Positions 61,166 through 64,000 of a stretch of DNA of 64,000 nucleotides are shown here, one piece after another. The position numbers were made by a program, and so were the translations under genes. The DNA comes from Klebsormidium nitens (Eukaryota; Plantae; Klebsormidiophyceae): the NCBI GenBank assembly GCA_000708835.1, contig DF236979.1, positions 248,001-312,000 of the forward strand, in the 5' to 3' direction. The notes beneath the pieces were generated by a model that saw nothing but the letters and a program-made list of their open reading frames with translations, did no database searches and was not told where the DNA came from. How positions within the stretch are numbered: position 1 is the stretch's first letter; every line of letters begins with the position of its first letter.

Positions 61166-63966
61166 CTACTCGGCTGAAACAGCAGCCTCGGGAATAACCT
61201 CAGCAGCGGATGCGATCGCTTTCGAGCTCACTTCAGGAGCTGGAAGCGAGGCTGAATCTAGGCTCGGCGTCTGACTAAACTTCTCAATGTAAAAGCTAAG
61301 AGGGGGAACATCTACGCCCGCAACGGTGGAAATAGCAGCGCTGGGAGCCGCAGATGGGGCGTTGCCCAGCAGGTTTAAGCTGGCAACGGCTCCGACAGCC
61401 ACTGCAGCGCCAATCCCTGCAAGACGAACGGTAGGCGTTAAGGGTGGGACAAATCCTACAGAGTGAAACAAGACAAGGGAAGGTGACAAAAGTATGAAGT
61501 GCCGGAATAAAAAGCGAAACAGACAAGATGGAAAAGTCGAACTGGAAGAGAGCAAAGGGCAGTGGGACCTACAAAGTAGCATAGGTATGATATGCGAGGT
61601 GTGGTCCCCACAAAGGGACGACCTGAATCCTGGTTAAGACTGTAGAGCTAGTCTTTTAGTAAACAGCGGAACAGCGTTCAACGCGTCTAGGTTCGTTTCG
61701 GCTTATTTAGTTAGTTTTGCAACCGTCGTCAATGCGTCTAGGTTCGTTTCGGCTTATTTGGTTAGTTTCGCAACCGTCGTCAATTGAGTAGTTGTCCAAC
61801 TGTTGGAAGACCTTAAGCAAACTACGTGTAGAAGCAGCTCTAGGACATGTGACGATATTATATTCTTTGCTTACATTAGTATTCCGACAGGCGGAAAAGT
61901 GCAAGCATGCAGTGCATAAACCCACAAACTTCTGTCTAGGCTGACGAACGTATTTGAGTTCCATTCACTCTGATTAAGGTATCTAGGTACAGGATATCTT
62001 TGTACAAAGTGAACGAAACTGGATACACTTGACAGAGGGCTTTTACAGCTGCAAAGCCCCAAGCTATGACTCGAAACGCCAACGAGATGGTGTAGGAATG
62101 TACAGACTGAAGCTAGGAAGGAAAGCTAATCCTGGTTACGACTGGATTGCTGCCAAGGGCTTAGGTAAGAACATTCGCTCCTGCAGCGCGAAGGGCCCAC
62201 TCACCAAGAAAGACAAGGGTGCTGCTTCCCTGCCCCTCGGTACCTTTCTTCCCCGTGCTAAAAGCGTTGTCTGCGACATAGATTTTCGGCTGCGAAAACG
62301 AGAAAGTACTGAGCTCAGTGCCCTGGAAGCCCCCATCAAAACATTTTTGACCGGATTGTCTTGTGTACCACACGCCACCCATGAGTCTGCCAATGAAAAG
62401 CACTGTCTCTAAACACCTTCCAAGCCGCTCTCTCTCTTCTGACGGACATCGACTACCAGAGAACTGTCTCAGGCGAAACAACAAGTTCGCTAAACCGGCT
62501 GATGATGAGCGAGCGAGTGAGCAGGGCGTCAAGTCCACTCGACTTTCTGAGACTCTTGCCGAACTGCTGCGTGAAGTGCCAGCATCAATGGCACAAGTAA
62601 CACAGCCAACAAGACGGAGTATGACATGCCTCATGTCAGTGCCCTAAATCAGCGACAGTGCGCCAATGTCGCTGCGTCTGCACAACGAGCTTTCACTGAC
62701 CAAGATAAGGAAAACGTGCCTTACCTCAACGGCATAAATGTTCTTTTGCCCCGCTGAGTCAAACTCTGTGTAACCCCACCTCCGATTGTCTGAAGACGGG
62801 CCTCCTCGCCCAAGCGGCCTCACCTGAGAGTGAAATGATGCATTTCGTTCATTCTCGGTCGCAAGTATTTCTGTTTCTGCATTCGTCGCTCGTTTGTCAC
62901 TTGTTTGCTAGGTTGCAGAGAGCAGGGTAACCAGGCAACCGCAGCAAGAGAAAGGACACCTGTGCCATGCTAAGCCCCTGTCAACAAATACAATGCTGAA
63001 GAAAGCGTACAGCCTTGGGGGACAACATTTTTGCAAGAGACTTAAAGTAGGCTTCAAGAATGAGACGCATAGTTTCATGTGGATCGCCTCCCATCGAGAT
63101 CGTTCAAGATGAACGGATGCACCAATGCATAACATATCCTTAGCTGAAGACATGCTGACGAGCCGCCAAAGCATGACGATACGTTCAAGCCTAAAATACG
63201 AACAGTGCCACCGCAAGCAAAGGGCTGATGCCCAACCTCTTCTCGGCAATCTGAAAGGGAACTGTTTGAACAATGGGTAGATTCCAAACCTGCAAAATCT
63301 AAGCAGGGACCAACCCTAAAAGTTGTCCCGACGTTGTGCTGGTTTGCCAGCCTTCTAAGGAAGGCGCCGAATGCGTCTAAGCTCCCGCAAGTTGCATTCC
63401 AGGGTAACAGTAGTAGTTGCTTGGACTTGCTTACATGCAGAACATGCACTGCCCGGGCACTCGACTAATGCTGTTAGCCAGAGACTCCCCGCATCCATTA
63501 CTTTAAATATTTTGTGCATTTCCCACCACATTGTGTCTCCTTCCCACCAAAACATAATCTCCCAAACCTTTTCCCTCATACGCTCCAACTTTTCAAATCA
63601 TAATCGGAACCTTCTGCTTGTAGTAAAACCATCCGCCGCCAACAAGAAAACAAGCTACGGTCTTTACAGAGCCAAAGCTGACAGCTCGATCATCTGGACA
63701 CATGCGACCACTCTCAATGTCAAACAGCACATTCTGCTTGTCCCAGTCCTCACCTCTGTTTGCCCGCCCTCGGACTCGTTCTCCGCCGCCCTCACTATAA
63801 CAGATCTAGCTGCTGGTTGCCTTGTTCTGCTGCCTTGAACTGAAGGAAAGATCCGGCTTGAGGGGCAAGCCGCTGCTCCCTGTGTCAAATGCGAAGCACC
63901 GCTAAGATGCGCCAAACCCGAAACAGAAGACACCGTCTGCCGGGCCGCCGCCGTCATTGTGGCCAT
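61166..63966 (-). CDS. Plastid-targeted single-pass membrane protein with an FDSAGQKNIYAVE(P) motif; internal exon structure partly uncertain
   Basis: Exon 1 is a transit peptide (MATMTAAARQTVSS...RSVIVRAAENE). Exon 62823-62725 reads VRPLGRGGPSSDNRRWGYTEFDSAGQKNIYAVE. The last exon carries the TM segment LAGIGAAVAVGAVASLNLL and stops at 61166. A phase-fixing micro-exon near 61940 (PRQKFV) is tentative. Confidence 0.65.
61678..61785. repeat. Recent about 53-nt tandem duplication (x2) in an intron
   Basis: tcaa(c/t)gcgtctaggttcgtttcggcttattt(a/g)gttagttt(t/c)gcaaccgtcg occurs twice. Confidence 0.92.
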
Positions 63967-64000
63967 CCTCCCTTTAATCTGCAGAAAGTGCCTTCACAGA

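Overview
Eukaryotic, intron-rich nuclear DNA with GC3-rich exons and GT-AG introns. Gene content and style suggest a streptophyte green alga such as Klebsormidium (inference). I reconstructed ten spliced genes by eye: a 5'-truncated bacterial-type ParA/MinD-family ATPase with a repetitive tail (+), a plastid DnaJ-type zinc-finger protein (-), a myristoylated Cys-GPX (+), BioF/KAPA synthase (-), a DUF604/Fringe-like glycosyltransferase (+), a tail-anchored coiled-coil protein spanning an N gap (+), an SLC13/SLT-SAC1-type transporter with TrkA-C domains (+), a MATE transporter (-), FAD synthase (+) and a plastid single-TM protein (-). There are also two MITE-like elements and several intronic minisatellites. 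I found no rRNA, tRNA or CRISPR-cas. The most unusual signal is a set of 'splice-junction echoes': at seven or more exon boundaries in five genes, the adjacent intron carries 1-7 tandem copies of splice site plus exon edge. In the acceptor arrays the exon-derived part is much better conserved than the intron-derived part, and differences are skewed to third codon positions. All gene models are manual and need RNA-seq confirmation.
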